The notes beneath the pieces were generated by a model that was given only the letters and a program-made list of their open reading frames with translations, was not told the origin of the DNA and ran no database searches. Shown one piece after another: positions 8,570-17,916 of a stretch of DNA of 64,000 nucleotides. Position numbers and translations under genes: made by a program. The stretch is from Acidobacteriota bacterium (GTDB lineage Bacteria; Acidobacteriota; UBA6911; RPQK01; G965218465). Positions within the stretch are counted from its first letter, which is position 1; every line of letters begins with the position of its first letter. The stretch covers positions 2,801,358-2,865,357 of the forward strand of contig OZ244623.1 of assembly GCA_965218465.1 (NCBI GenBank), in the 5' to 3' direction.

Positions 8570-8800
8570 CCTTTCGCGCCCGCCAAACCGAACCGCCCCG
8601 GAGAGAGAAAGCCGGGCGGACTGTATCGACGAACGGTATTGTAGTGGATTTTCCAGGCCTCGATACTGTGCCGGGCAGCGGCGAGATCGCTGAACGAGTA
8701 CTGTTTCGAACCCGCATTGTGGAACTTGCCGTTGCAGCTCGCACGGCGCAGCCGACCGCCAGGATCCTTCAGCCACTCGAGGAGCTCGGCCTGCACGAGC
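8570..8800 (-). mobile_element. Degenerate C-terminal remnant of an IS3-family transposase (rve integrase-core tail)
   Basis: ..LLEWLKDPGGRLRRASCNGKFHNAGSKQYSFSDLAAARHSIEAWKIHYNTVRRYSPPGFLSPGRF.. parallels the IS3 OrfB tail (..NGk.Es/rFN..lr.E.l....F.sl.eAr..ie.W...YN..RpHssLgy.tP.eF). No catalytic core and no inverted repeats are visible. Confidence 0.5.
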
Positions 8801-9416
8801 GAAACGACCGCCCACCGATCTCCTCTCTTCCTGCCATCATCGTTTTCCACCTCCGCTCCTGACTGTGCCGGTATGGAGGTCTTGGCGGCCCAGGTTTCCG
8901 ACCGTCGGTGGACGGGTTTGTTTAGCGCACGGGAGCCAGCTTACCCAATGTGTGACATTGGAGCCTGGCGAGGGGTGGCTCCGCCCCCTTCGATCCCCTG
9001 GAGGTCCGCGCTCCGGCGGAGTTGCCGGGCGGGGGGCTCGCCCCCCGTCCCTCGTGCCGGCGCGTCCTGATGGCTGATCGCCGGACCGTCACCGCCTCCG
9101 CCCGCGTATCGCCGGCCGAGCTCGCCGACTGGCGACGACGACTGCCTGGAGATCGGCCTTGGAGGGTCTTGGCAGTGGAACCCGCTCGACGATCCCGTCC
9201 TCGACACCTGCCGGAATCGGACGAGTCCATACAACCTGCCCCTGGGCCGCGGCGCTGGAGGATGGCCTGTGGACGATGCTGTTGTGACCGAGCGAATGGA
9301 CCTACTAGCCTATCAGATCACGGCATGAGCGTATGCTGTCTGAAGTGTAGCGAGAGCGAGCCGGTGCGGCCTGGTCAGATCGTTCTCCGCTCCGGGCAGA
9401 TCACTGGAGGCTTATC

Positions 9417-9998
9417 GTGCCAAACTTCACCTACACCCTCTTTGCCACCGACGTCGCGATTCTAATTGTCCTACTGGTGGGCGTGCTCTGGTCCATCTGG
9501 GTCCCCGACAAACGGATCTGGCCGCCGCGGCGGCTGCGTTCCTGGCAGTGGGTTCTGACGTGGACCTGTTTCTTGGCCGTCTGCGGGCTCAACGTGGCCC
9601 TCCTCTTCCTGGACTGGAATGCATGGCGGTTCCCGGGCGCTCTCCGGTTCGTCGCGGGCATACCTCTGGCACTGCTCGGAGGACTCGTGGGCGTCTGGGG
9701 CGTCGTCACGCTTGGCGGGAAAAACAGCGCCGGGCTCAAGGACGGCTTCGTGTTGGCTGGTCCCTACCGGTTCATACGGAACCCGCAGTACCTGGGCGAC
9801 ATCATGATCTTCGTCGGTGTGAGCCTGATCGCGAACTCTTTGTTGCTATGGGTCGCTCACGCGCTGCTCAGCTTCGTATTCGTCCTGGCACCGATCGCCG
9901 AGGAACGCTGGCTGGAGCAACAGTACGGACCGGCGTACCGCGAGTATCGACGAGCCACGCTGCGATTCTGGCCTCGGTCGCCCAGAGGGCAGACATGA
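9417..9998 (+). CDS. Isoprenylcysteine carboxyl methyltransferase (ICMT/Ste14-like) family membrane methyltransferase
   Basis: 193 aa, several TM helices, GTG start. Family motif: LAGPYRFIRNPQYLGDIMIFVG...ERWLEQQYGPAYREYRRAT. Confidence 0.8.
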   Translation: MPNFTYTLFATDVAILIVLLVGVLWSIWVPDKRIWPPRRLRSWQWVLTWTCFLAVCGLNVALLFLDWNAWRFPGALRFVAGIPLALLGGLVGVWGVVTLGGKNSAGLKDGFVLAGPYRFIRNPQYLGDIMIFVGVSLIANSLLLWVAHALLSFVFVLAPIAEERWLEQQYGPAYREYRRATLRFWPRSPRGQT

Positions 9999-10272
9999 TC
10001 GCTGGGTTCCTGGCTGAGACGTGGATCTAGCGGGAGCAGCGGCTGAAGCCTTCGTCCGCCCGACTTCAGGGGTCGATCGTCTTCCCCCAGCCCCATGGCG
10101 ACCGAACAGCTCGGTGTGTACCGTGTCAAAGCCCGCTGACTCTGATCCTCGCTCACCCAGCAAGACTTCGCCCGGCCGTGCGCCAGCGTGCCGATCCAGC
10201 GCACGCACGCGCTTCTCTTGAGCGCCGAGGGACACCGGCACCTCGAACCAGTCATGCTGCACCTGCCTCTGA

Positions 10273-10906
10273 TCACACGCATCCGTCCGGTAACTGCCCG
10301 ACCTCTGTAATGACGCGGTAGCCGGCTTGGGCCAGATAGATGGCCCAGTCGTCCATCAGCAGGCCCCGGCGCTCGAACAGATCCGTGCGCCGGTAAGCTG
10401 CCGCGATCTGGTTGCGGACCTTGTGTGCCAGCGCGGCCTCCACCACCTCGCGGGGATGATCCGTCTCTTGGGCCGCCCAGTCCCGGAAACTCGACCGGAA
10501 GCCGTGCGGCACAGCCGCGATCTCGAGCTCCCTGAGTAGTTCCGGACAGCGCCGTGCTCGCCATTGGCTTTCCGCGCACGCTCGGAAACACGAGCGGGCT
10601 GCCGCGACCGAGCGCCCGCGCCTGCTCGAGGATCTCCAGAGCACGCCGACACAGCGGGACCCGGTGCTCGCGCGCCGCCTTCGTGCGTGGGGCCGGGATG
10701 GTCCACGCACCCTCGGCCTGATCGATCTCCGTCCAGAGCGCCCCGCGGACCTCGCCGGAGCGTGTCGCCGTCAGCACCAGGAACTCGAACGCCAGCTTCA
10801 CGACCGGCCGCGCCCTCGACGCCCGCACCGTCTCGATTGCGGACGCCACTTCGCCGTGCGGCAACGCCCGCATGTGCCGCACGACATCCCCCTGCGAACC
10901 GAGCAC
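10273..10906 (-). pseudogene. int: P4-type tyrosine integrase, N-terminally truncated and frameshifted
   Basis: Frame A (10906 down to about 10545): HMRALPHGEVASAIETVRAS..LAFEFLVLTATRSGEVRGALWTEID..WTIPAPRTKAAREHRVPL..LVFPSVRGKPMAS. Frame B (about 10543 down to 10273): ELLRELEIAAVPHGFRSSFRDWAAQETDHPREVVEAALAHKV.NQIAAAYRRTDLFERR. Removing one G in TCCGGAAC (plus-strand tccgga, 10541-10546) restores ..ALSELLRELEI... An in-frame stop 8 codons upstream of 10906 removes the arm-binding/SAM-like half. Confidence 0.8.
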
Positions 10907-11147
10907 CGGACCGATCCGGTCGTACTGTCACGCACGATACGCCAACCTAGCCGGCCGTTTCGATTGGCTCCAGATCCAGCTCTCATCTTGTTGCACTGTC
11001 AATCATGCCCTTCTTGTCAGCCTGATGGCGGGGCGCGCCTTTGTCCCCAACTCTGGAGCTTGGTATCTTGCAGCCGGAGGGGAGGGGTGCTACTGCTCTT
11101 GGTCAGGACGCTCTTCAAGGGTTGGAAACTCTTCCGTCATTCCCACT

Positions 11148-11176
11148 TTGACACTCTTGGACTCAGATCTTATGTA
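11148..11176 (+). promoter_or_regulatory. Candidate sigma70-type promoter for dnaK
   Basis: TTGACA (11148-11153), a 17-nt spacer, then TATGTA (11171-11176), about 100 nt upstream of the dnaK ATG. Pattern match only. Confidence 0.3.
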
Positions 11177-11276
11177 TCCGTTGGACTAAAGAGAGTGCTT
11201 GCACTGATTCGGTTGGGCTGGGTTCTTGATCCAGCAAGCCGGTCTTTTTTTTGTTGTACAGGAGGTCGTTCAAACC

Positions 11277-13184
11277 ATGAGTAAGATTATTGGAATTGAC
11301 TTGGGGACCACCAACTCGGTTGTGGCCGTAATGGAAGGTAACGAGCCGTCGGTGATAACCAACCCGGAAGGATCGCGCATCACGCCTTCGGTGGTGGCCG
11401 TAACCAAGAGTGGCGAACGACTGGTGGGTCAAGTGGCCAAACGCCAAGCAGTCACCAACCCCGACAACACAGTCTATTCGATCAAGCGCTTCATGGGGCG
11501 TAAGCATGCGGAAGTGTCCGAGGAGATCGGCATGGTCCCTTACAAGGTATCCAGGGCATCCAATGGAGATGCTGTTGTTGACCTGGGGGGCAAGGCCACG
11601 GCGCCACCCGAGATTGCAGCCACGATCTTGCAAAAACTCAGGTCGGCTGCTGAAGATTACCTGGGGCAGCCGATCAAGCAGGCAGTCATCACGGTCCCGG
11701 CTTATTTCAACGACTCCCAGCGCCAAGCCACCAAAGACGCCGGTAAGATCGCCGGTTTAGAGGTGCTTCGTCTGGTCAACGAACCCACTGCAGCAGCGTT
11801 GGCTTATGGCTTGGACAAGAAGAAAGACGAAACCATCGCGGTCTTTGATTTCGGTGGCGGCACTTTCGACATCTCGATTCTTGAAGTTGGCGAGGGGGTG
11901 GTGGAGGTCAAGTCTACCAATGGAGACACTCACCTGGGTGGAGACAATATCGACCAAGCCTTGATCAACTGGATCATCGAGGAATTCAAGAAGGACCAGG
12001 GGATCGACCTCTCACAGGACAAGATGGCGCTGCAGCGGCTTAAGGAAGCTGCTGAGAAAGCCAAGATGGAGTTGTCAACCACTCAGGAAGCGGATATCAA
12101 CCTACCTTTTATCACCGCCGACAACAGCGGCCCCAAGCATCTCAATCTCGATCTCAACCGAGCCAAATTTGAACAGTTGGTGGAAAAGTTGGCTCGCCGA
12201 ACGCTGGAGCCTTGCCGCAAGGCGCTGGAAGATGCCGGTCTCCAACCCAAAGACATCGATGAAGTGGTCATGGTGGGCGGATCGACTCGGATACCCCTGG
12301 TGCAGAAACTTGTCAAGGAGTTCTTCGGCAAAGATATCCACCGGGGCGTGAACCCTGACGAGGTTGTCGCTGTGGGCGCTGCCGTCCAGGCCGGTGTCTT
12401 GGGCGGCGACGTCAAGGATGTCCTTTTGCTGGATGTCACTCCCTTGTCGTTGGGTATCGAAACCTTGGGCGGGGTCAATACGGTCTTGATTCCCCGCAAT
12501 ACGACCATTCCGACTCGGAAAAGCGAATCTTTCTCGACGGCGGCCGATAACCAGACTTCGGTAGAGATCCATGTTTGTCAGGGGGAGCGCCCAATGGCAG
12601 CCCACAACAAATCGCTGGGGAAATTTCAGTTGATGGGTATTCCGTCGGCACCTCGTGGCATGCCCCAAATCGAGGTCACTTTTGATATTGACGCCAACGG
12701 CATTCTCAACGTTAGCGCCAAGGATCAGGGGACAGGTAAGGAGCAGAAGATCACGATTACCGGCTCAAGCGGCCTGAGCGATAGTGACATTGGACAAATG
12801 GTCAAGGAAGCCGAGTCTCACGCTGATGAGGATCAGCTTAAGAAGGAAACGATCGAGGCTCGCAATCGCGCCGATAACCTGGTGTACAGCACTGAGAAGT
12901 TGTTAAACGAGAACAGTGACAAGATCGGGGCTGACGATCGCAAGGGTATTGAGGACGCCTTGGCCGATACCAAAAAAGCCATTGAAAGTGGGGAAGTTGA
13001 GCAGATCAGTTCTGCCATCGAACGATTGACCCAAGCCTCCCACAAGCTGGCGGAAGTGATGTATCAATCGGCTGCTTCGCAACAGCCACCTCCGCCGGGA
13101 CAGGAGCCGCCTCAAGCCGGCGCCGACAAGGACAAGGAAGATGTCATCGACGCCGAGTACGTTGATGTCGAGGAGGGCAAGTAA
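11277..13184 (+). CDS. dnaK: Molecular chaperone DnaK (Hsp70)
   Basis: [18 protein letters not shown].., DLGGGTFD, and a C-terminal EEGK-type tail. The RBS AGGAGG lies 11 nt upstream of the ATG at 11277. The track ORF begins earlier, at 11226. Confidence 0.97.
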   Translation: MSKIIGIDLGTTNSVVAVMEGNEPSVITNPEGSRITPSVVAVTKSGERLVGQVAKRQAVTNPDNTVYSIKRFMGRKHAEVSEEIGMVPYKVSRASNGDAVVDLGGKATAPPEIAATILQKLRSAAEDYLGQPIKQAVITVPAYFNDSQRQATKDAGKIAGLEVLRLVNEPTAAALAYGLDKKKDETIAVFDFGGGTFDISILEVGEGVVEVKSTNGDTHLGGDNIDQALINWIIEEFKKDQGIDLSQDKMALQRLKEAAEKAKMELSTTQEADINLPFITADNSGPKHLNLDLNRAKFEQLVEKLARRTLEPCRKALEDAGLQPKDIDEVVMVGGSTRIPLVQKLVKEFFGKDIHRGVNPDEVVAVGAAVQAGVLGGDVKDVLLLDVTPLSLGIETLGGVNTVLIPRNTTIPTRKSESFSTAADNQTSVEIHVCQGERPMAAHNKSLGKFQLMGIPSAPRGMPQIEVTFDIDANGILNVSAKDQGTGKEQKITITGSSGLSDSDIGQMVKEAESHADEDQLKKETIEARNRADNLVYSTEKLLNENSDKIGADDRKGIEDALADTKKAIESGEVEQISSAIERLTQASHKLAEVMYQSAASQQPPPPGQEPPQAGADKDKEDVIDAEYVDVEEGK

Positions 13185-13209
13185 AAATCGAGGTGGCCTG
13201 AGGGGGGCC

Positions 13210-13482
13210 TTGCCTGCACTGCTGCTGTCATCGATCGATCTGTATCAAGTGCTGGGGCTCGACAAGAACGCCTCAGCCGATGACATCAAGAAATCTTACC
13301 GCCGTCTGGCACGTCGCTTTCATCCCGACATATCTGGCCGGTGTCGAAGTGGTTCTCAACATGAGAAAAAATGGAGCGGATGCAGACGGAAGTTCAAGAA
13401 ATGGTGCATTACCTTTGTAACCGCTTCGATATCGATCCCGGTTTGTCGGAATCGAGCCTCCAGCACCGCGTGGTTGGGGTGA
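13210..13482 (+). pseudogene. dnaJ: Truncated dnaJ: J-domain helices I-II and the HPD motif only, then unrelated sequence
   Basis: In the position where dnaJ normally follows dnaK, the frame reads ..[32 protein letters not shown] (13234-13329). All three forward frames then lose J-domain similarity. There is no helix III/IV, no G/F region and no CxxCxGxG zinc finger. The possible TTG start is at 13210. Confidence 0.6.
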
Positions 13483-13536
13483 CACCATCGCCTCCGCTCG
13501 TCGTCACTAGGCGAAATCCTCCCCAATGAGCAGTAA

Positions 13537-13950
13537 CTACACTGGTGCGCAAGCACAGCTTCTCCTGATCTGTGTGTAGATCCGACGCAAGCTCCGTTGA
13601 TGCTGCTTCCGGGGCAATTTCTTGGCCAGCAGTAGTTCCTGAATGCGACCCAGAGCATGTTCCAGTCCCGTAACCAGGATGGCGGTCCGGCTGGGATCGT
13701 AGGGAAGATGGATTCCCCCAAAACCTAATTCGGCGAAGACCTTCAGGTAGCGGGCCGTTACCTTGTCGGGGCAATCGATTCGCTTGCGGCCGGCTTTGAG
13801 CTCAAAGCCCAGGAAGGTGTAGAGGATCCGGGGGGAACATTTCCGCCCCAGAAGCTCGACCGGGCGAGTGGAGTGCTGCAGTACATCCAGGCAATAGATT
13901 TGCCGGATTCGTTCAATCTCATCGCTGATGCCAATGTCGATGTCTGCCAT
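13537..13950 (-). CDS. Hypothetical 137-aa protein transcribed divergently from the BMC-H gene. I could not assign a family.
   Basis: ATG at 13950 with the RBS GGAGGAGA 4 nt upstream. Sequence: MADIDIGISDEIERIRQIYCLDVLQHSTRPVELLGRKCSPRILYTFLGFELKAGRKRIDCPDKVTARYLKVFAELGFGGIHLPYDPSRTAILVTGLEHALGRIQELLLAKKLPRKQ... The composition is non-repetitive and looks like a globular protein. Confidence 0.55.
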   Translation of the reverse strand: MADIDIGISDEIERIRQIYCLDVLQHSTRPVELLGRKCSPRILYTFLGFELKAGRKRIDCPDKVTARYLKVFAELGFGGIHLPYDPSRTAILVTGLEHALGRIQELLLAKKLPRKQHQRSLRRIYTQIRRSCACAPV

Positions 13951-14110
13951 CGATTCTCCTCCGGATTCCAACATTAGATCACCAAAGGCTGCCCCCAAAG
14001 CAAGTGCGAGTGTAGAAAGGTTCTGTCTGGTAGAGGCCAGCGGCGATTGGGTTGACCCTTATTCGGACAACGTGTTAGCTTAGCCTTCTTCATTGCTGGA
14101 GGATCAATCG

Positions 14111-14410
14111 ATGTCGATGGAAGCGCTGGGCATGGTCGAAACCAGGGGTTTGGTGGGTGCCATTGAGGCGGCTGATGCGATGGTGAAGGCGGCCAATGTT
14201 TTGCTGATGGGCAAGGAGTATATTGGAGCCGGGTATGTGACTGTGATGGTTAGAGGTGATGTCGGCGCTGTCAAGGCGGCCACCGATTCCGGAGCTGCCG
14301 CAGCTCGCCGGGTGGGTGAATTGGTGAGCGTACATGTGATCCCGCGTCCTCATTCAGAGGTCGAAAAGATTCTTCCTTCAGTCCCTAAGTCCAAGTCACC
14401 CCGATCGTAG
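14111..14410 (+). CDS. Bacterial microcompartment hexameric shell protein (BMC-H; PduA/EutM/CcmK fold)
   Basis: [81 protein letters not shown] is a canonical PF00936-type sequence. RBS GGAGGA lies 8 nt before the ATG at 14111. Confidence 0.9.
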   Translation: MSMEALGMVETRGLVGAIEAADAMVKAANVLLMGKEYIGAGYVTVMVRGDVGAVKAATDSGAAAARRVGELVSVHVIPRPHSEVEKILPSVPKSKSPRS

Positions 14411-14440
14411 TCGACCTCCAGCGGGCCTCCCAGGAGGGAG

Positions 14441-16159
14441 TTGTTGTCAGACTCGGCCAGCGGTTTGCACGATCAGGATCTTGTTTCCGTCCAGCAGGCC
14501 CGTGATTTTGTCGAACGGGCCGACGCGGCTGCATCCCGCTTCAAGGAATTCAACCAGCAACAGGTGGACAAGATCGTAGCGGCCATGGCCGCGGCGGCCC
14601 GTCAAGCGTCACGCCGCTTGGCTGAACTGGCGGTTGAGGAAACCGGACGCGGAAAGGTGGCCGACAAGGTTACCAAAAACCTCTTCTCCGCGGTAGACGT
14701 CTACAATTACGTCAAGGACCTCAAGACCTGCGACGTGCTTTCTGAGGACACGGAAAAGCAGATTATCGAGATCGGTGTGCCCTTCGGTGTGATCGCGGTC
14801 GTGGTCCCGACCACCAATCCCACTTCCACTGCCATTTTCAAGCTTCTTTCAGCTCTCAAGGGTCGCAACACGGTGGTCGTGGCGCCGCACCCTCAGGCAG
14901 TGCGTTGCACGATCGAGACTTGCAGTGCGATGGCTAAGGCGGCCATTCGGGCCGGTGCTCCCCAAGATAGTATTCTCTGCATGGATCAGGTGACCTTGGA
15001 AGGCACTACTGAATTGATGCGCCATCGGAAAACTCGTCTGATTCTGGCCACCGGAGGTAGCGCCATGGTGCGGGCGGCTTACTCTTCGGGCAAGCCGGCC
15101 TATGGCGTGGGACCAGGAAACGTCCCGGCTTTTGTGGAAAGAACGGCCGACGTACCCAAAGCCGTCCGGGACATCCTGGCCGGCAAGACTTTTGACTATG
15201 GACTTCTCTGCTCATCGGAACAGGCTTTGATTTGCGACCTTCCGGTGAAGGAGCAAGTCTTGGACGAACTGCGTAAGCGCAAAGCATATCTGTTATCGGA
15301 GTCAGAGCAACAGCAGTTAGAGGGCTTGGTGCAGACAGCAGCCGGCAGGCTCAATCCGGAGATCGCCGGGAAAAGTTCCCAGACGATCGCTGAAATGGCT
15401 GGTTTCTCGGTGCCCGATGACACAGTTTGCCTGGTCGGTTTTCCCAAAGGCGTGGGCAAATCCCACCCCCTTTCCATGGAAAAGCTCTCTCCCATTTTGG
15501 CTTTTTACTCGGCTGACGGATGGGAAGACGCCTGCCGGCGCTGTATCGAGATCCTCAGTTTTGGTGGATTGGGTCACACCATGTCGATCCACTCCACCGA
15601 CCGTGGCATCATTATGGAGTTCGGACTCAAAAAGCCCGCCTACCGGATTTGCGTCAACACCCCTTCCACTCATGGCTCGGTGGGTTTGACGACCGGAGTT
15701 CCACCCTCAATGACCCTGGGGTGCGGAAGCCCCGGGGGCAACATCACATCGGACAACATTACTCCGCTGCACCTGATCAACATTCGCCGTTTGGCCTTTG
15801 AGACTCGCTCGGTGGACCAGATCGACTTTGCCCCTTCCGACCAAGTTGCCTCAAGTGCTCGGGCCGGTGATCTGCCTCTCCGGAAACTGGTCTCTAATGT
15901 AGTCGAGGATTATCTGGCTCAAAAAAAAAAGGGGGCCTTGGGTAAAGGGTTGGATCAGCCCTCAGCCACAGTTCTTCCGCTCCCCTCTCCCAGGGCCGTC
16001 GCTCCCGTTCCGGCCGGCCCCGCGGTCGATTTTGTCTGTGAAGAAGACGTTCGGCAAGCCCTCGACTCCAGTCAGAAAATCCCGGTAAACGCACGAACCA
16101 TCATCACCCCTTCGGCGCGCGATCTAGCCCAGGATAAGAATCTTTTTATCTGGCGCTGA
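14441..16159 (+). CDS. CoA-acylating aldehyde dehydrogenase (AdhE-N-terminal-like) with a C-terminal extension of about 110 aa
   Basis: 572 aa. ALDH motifs: [38 protein letters not shown], and the catalytic region [12 protein letters not shown]. The tail contains an amphipathic helix ([17 protein letters not shown]) between Pro/Ser/Gly-rich linkers, then [44 protein letters not shown]. It starts 30 nt after the BMC-H gene, with the RBS AGGAGG and a TTG start. Confidence 0.9.
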   Translation: MLSDSASGLHDQDLVSVQQARDFVERADAAASRFKEFNQQQVDKIVAAMAAAARQASRRLAELAVEETGRGKVADKVTKNLFSAVDVYNYVKDLKTCDVLSEDTEKQIIEIGVPFGVIAVVVPTTNPTSTAIFKLLSALKGRNTVVVAPHPQAVRCTIETCSAMAKAAIRAGAPQDSILCMDQVTLEGTTELMRHRKTRLILATGGSAMVRAAYSSGKPAYGVGPGNVPAFVERTADVPKAVRDILAGKTFDYGLLCSSEQALICDLPVKEQVLDELRKRKAYLLSESEQQQLEGLVQTAAGRLNPEIAGKSSQTIAEMAGFSVPDDTVCLVGFPKGVGKSHPLSMEKLSPILAFYSADGWEDACRRCIEILSFGGLGHTMSIHSTDRGIIMEFGLKKPAYRICVNTPSTHGSVGLTTGVPPSMTLGCGSPGGNITSDNITPLHLINIRRLAFETRSVDQIDFAPSDQVASSARAGDLPLRKLVSNVVEDYLAQKKKGALGKGLDQPSATVLPLPSPRAVAPVPAGPAVDFVCEEDVRQALDSSQKIPVNARTIITPSARDLAQDKNLFIWR

Positions 16160-16357
16160 AAGGCGTCAACTACAGAGTCACTGCAAGAAATGGTTGCAGT
16201 ACTCGACAGAGAAACACTGCGCTACAGTAAACCGTTTGGGCACCTCTAGCCATCTAAGCCTAAGAACGCTCCCAAAGCGGGGTTTTTTGGGCGCCATCAG
16301 GGTGGCTGGCATGATTCTTGCTTAGTTGCTGGTGTGTTATGATGACTCGGTTGGCCA

Positions 16358-17008
16358 ATGACAACCATCTTGGCGTCTTCAGGACCCGCCTTCTGGCTCC
16401 ATGTGAAGAGTTTATTGGCCGTCATTTATCAATTTATTTTGAGCTGGGGTGGTCCAGGATTATTTCTGCTGGCCTTTGCAGACTCGTCTTTCTTGTCGAT
16501 TCCGGAAGGCAACGATGTCTTGATGGTGGTACTTTCCACAGGGGCAAGTTGGACCACCATGGCCTATTACGGGACCATGACCACGCTGGGTTCGGTACTA
16601 GGCTGCTCGTTGCTCTTTTCCGTTGGGCGCCATGGAGGGGCCTATGTTCAGCGACGCGTCGGTCAGCACAAACTGGCGAAGTTGAAAGTTCGCTATCAAA
16701 AATGGGGAAGCTTGTCGGTTCTCATACCATCAATCCTGCCTCCCCCTACGCCGTTCAAGATTTTTGTACTTTCAGCCGGAATGTTTGGGGTCTCCTTCCC
16801 CAAGTTTTTAGCCGCAGTTCTGATCGGGCGAAGCTTTCGCTATTTCAGTTGGGGCGCGCTGGCGGTGCTCTATGGAGAGTCGGGGCGGCAAGTCTTGGAA
16901 GAGTATTGGAAATTAGCAGGAGCGTTTGTCAGCATTGCGATTGTAAGCATTCTGGCCGCTTGGCTGTTACGCCGGCGACTGGCCGCCAAACGGGTGGGTG
17001 CGGTTTGA
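16358..17008 (+). CDS. DedA/SNARE-associated (YqaA-like) membrane protein
   Basis: 216 aa, multi-TM. ..GGPGLFLLAFADSSFLSIPEGNDVLMVVL.. and ..LPPPTPFKIFVLSAGMFGVSFPKFL.. are typical of the DedA/VTT domain. Confidence 0.85.
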   Translation: MTTILASSGPAFWLHVKSLLAVIYQFILSWGGPGLFLLAFADSSFLSIPEGNDVLMVVLSTGASWTTMAYYGTMTTLGSVLGCSLLFSVGRHGGAYVQRRVGQHKLAKLKVRYQKWGSLSVLIPSILPPPTPFKIFVLSAGMFGVSFPKFLAAVLIGRSFRYFSWGALAVLYGESGRQVLEEYWKLAGAFVSIAIVSILAAWLLRRRLAAKRVGAV

Positions 17009-17916
17009 AGAACGGTGTGGGGCTGATCTTGTTGTGCGCGTTGGTGGCCTGCGGGCCGCGTGTCAGCCGAGTCACGCCACCCACCAGTTACCAACAGGCT
17101 CAAACGGCGACTGCAGGCGAGTTGGTTGAACTGATCAACCAACGCTACGCTGCAATAGACTCCCTGAAAGCCGCCCGACTCAAGATCGAGTTCACCGGCG
17201 GTTCGATTGAAAAGGGATATCTCAAGCAATACCCCACAGCGAAAGGGCACCTCATCGCCCAGTCTCCCGATGCCATCTACATGAATATTCTCAATCCGGT
17301 GACCAGTTCGACGGTAGTGACAATGGCCTCGGCCCAAGGACGTTTTCAGATCTGGGTTCCCCGGGAAAACAAGTATCTGACAGGAAGCACTCATCTGCAG
17401 GCTCAAACTGACAATCCTCTTTACAGTGTTCGGCCCGATCATTTGTTAGAGGCCATTCTGATCGAACCGATTCCGCTGAACGCCCCCGACAGCGTGCGCT
17501 TCATCCAAGAAGCACAAGACGCCGCTCGTAAGTATTATGTCATCCACCTGGTGCGAGTAGGCACGATGTCCAGCAGTTGCCTGGAACGGCAACTTTGGAT
17601 TGATCGAGCCGATCTCAGGCTGATCCGTCAAAATCGCTATGATTGCGGAAAGCTGCTAAGTACGGTTCAATATGGGGACACGATCGAAGTGGGCGATTGG
17701 TTGCTTAGTCAACGTATCACCTTGAGGAGATTGCAAGAACACTACCAGTTGAGGTTGCAACTGGGTGAGGGGGTCGGCATCAACCAAGTTCTGAAAGCCG
17801 GAGTGTTCGAAGTCCCGCGCCCACGGGGAGCCGAATGGGTCGAAATCACGGACATCAAACAACAGTCAACTGACGAAAAAAATGGTGACGGGATGTCACC
17901 GCCTCAGCTTCAATAA
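17005..17916 (+). CDS. LolB-like / DUF4292-type lipoprotein (outer-membrane lipoprotein-sorting fold)
   Basis: The lipobox signal (L/M)KNGVGLILLCALVAC|G begins at a TTG that overlaps the dedA stop codon. A GTG at 17017 is an alternative start. The track shows a 532-aa ORF from 16318, but its first 229 codons overlap dedA in another frame. Confidence 0.7.
   Translation: MKNGVGLILLCALVACGPRVSRVTPPTSYQQAQTATAGELVELINQRYAAIDSLKAARLKIEFTGGSIEKGYLKQYPTAKGHLIAQSPDAIYMNILNPVTSSTVVTMASAQGRFQIWVPRENKYLTGSTHLQAQTDNPLYSVRPDHLLEAILIEPIPLNAPDSVRFIQEAQDAARKYYVIHLVRVGTMSSSCLERQLWIDRADLRLIRQNRYDCGKLLSTVQYGDTIEVGDWLLSQRITLRRLQEHYQLRLQLGEGVGINQVLKAGVFEVPRPRGAEWVEITDIKQQSTDEKNGDGMSPPQLQ

Noticed and set aside
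9067-9140. MADRRTVTASARVSPAELADWRRR, resembling the start of a MobC/RHH relaxosome accessory protein
   Set aside because: Only about 20 residues are similar and what follows is Arg/Pro-rich noise in about 70% GC DNA. That is too short to support, even as a remnant.
11148-11205. Possible CIRCE/HrcA operator upstream of dnaK (TTGACACTC ... GAGTGCTTGCA)
   Set aside because: The two arms are about 36 nt apart, not the 9 nt of the CIRCE consensus (TTAGCACTC-N9-GAGTGCTAA), and the arm sequences deviate. I kept only a weak promoter call.
13371-13529. 52-aa ORF ([40 protein letters not shown]...) between the dnaJ stub and the unknown divergent ORF
   Set aside because: It has no RBS and no recognisable motif, and it overlaps the tail of the dnaJ-stub ORF. 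It may be real, but the sequence alone does not support it.
16318-17004. First 229 codons of the 532-aa track ORF (16318-17916)
   Set aside because: This part overlaps the DedA gene in another frame and reads as non-protein-like. A lipoprotein signal peptide begins at 17005, exactly at the dedA stop, so the real gene starts there.
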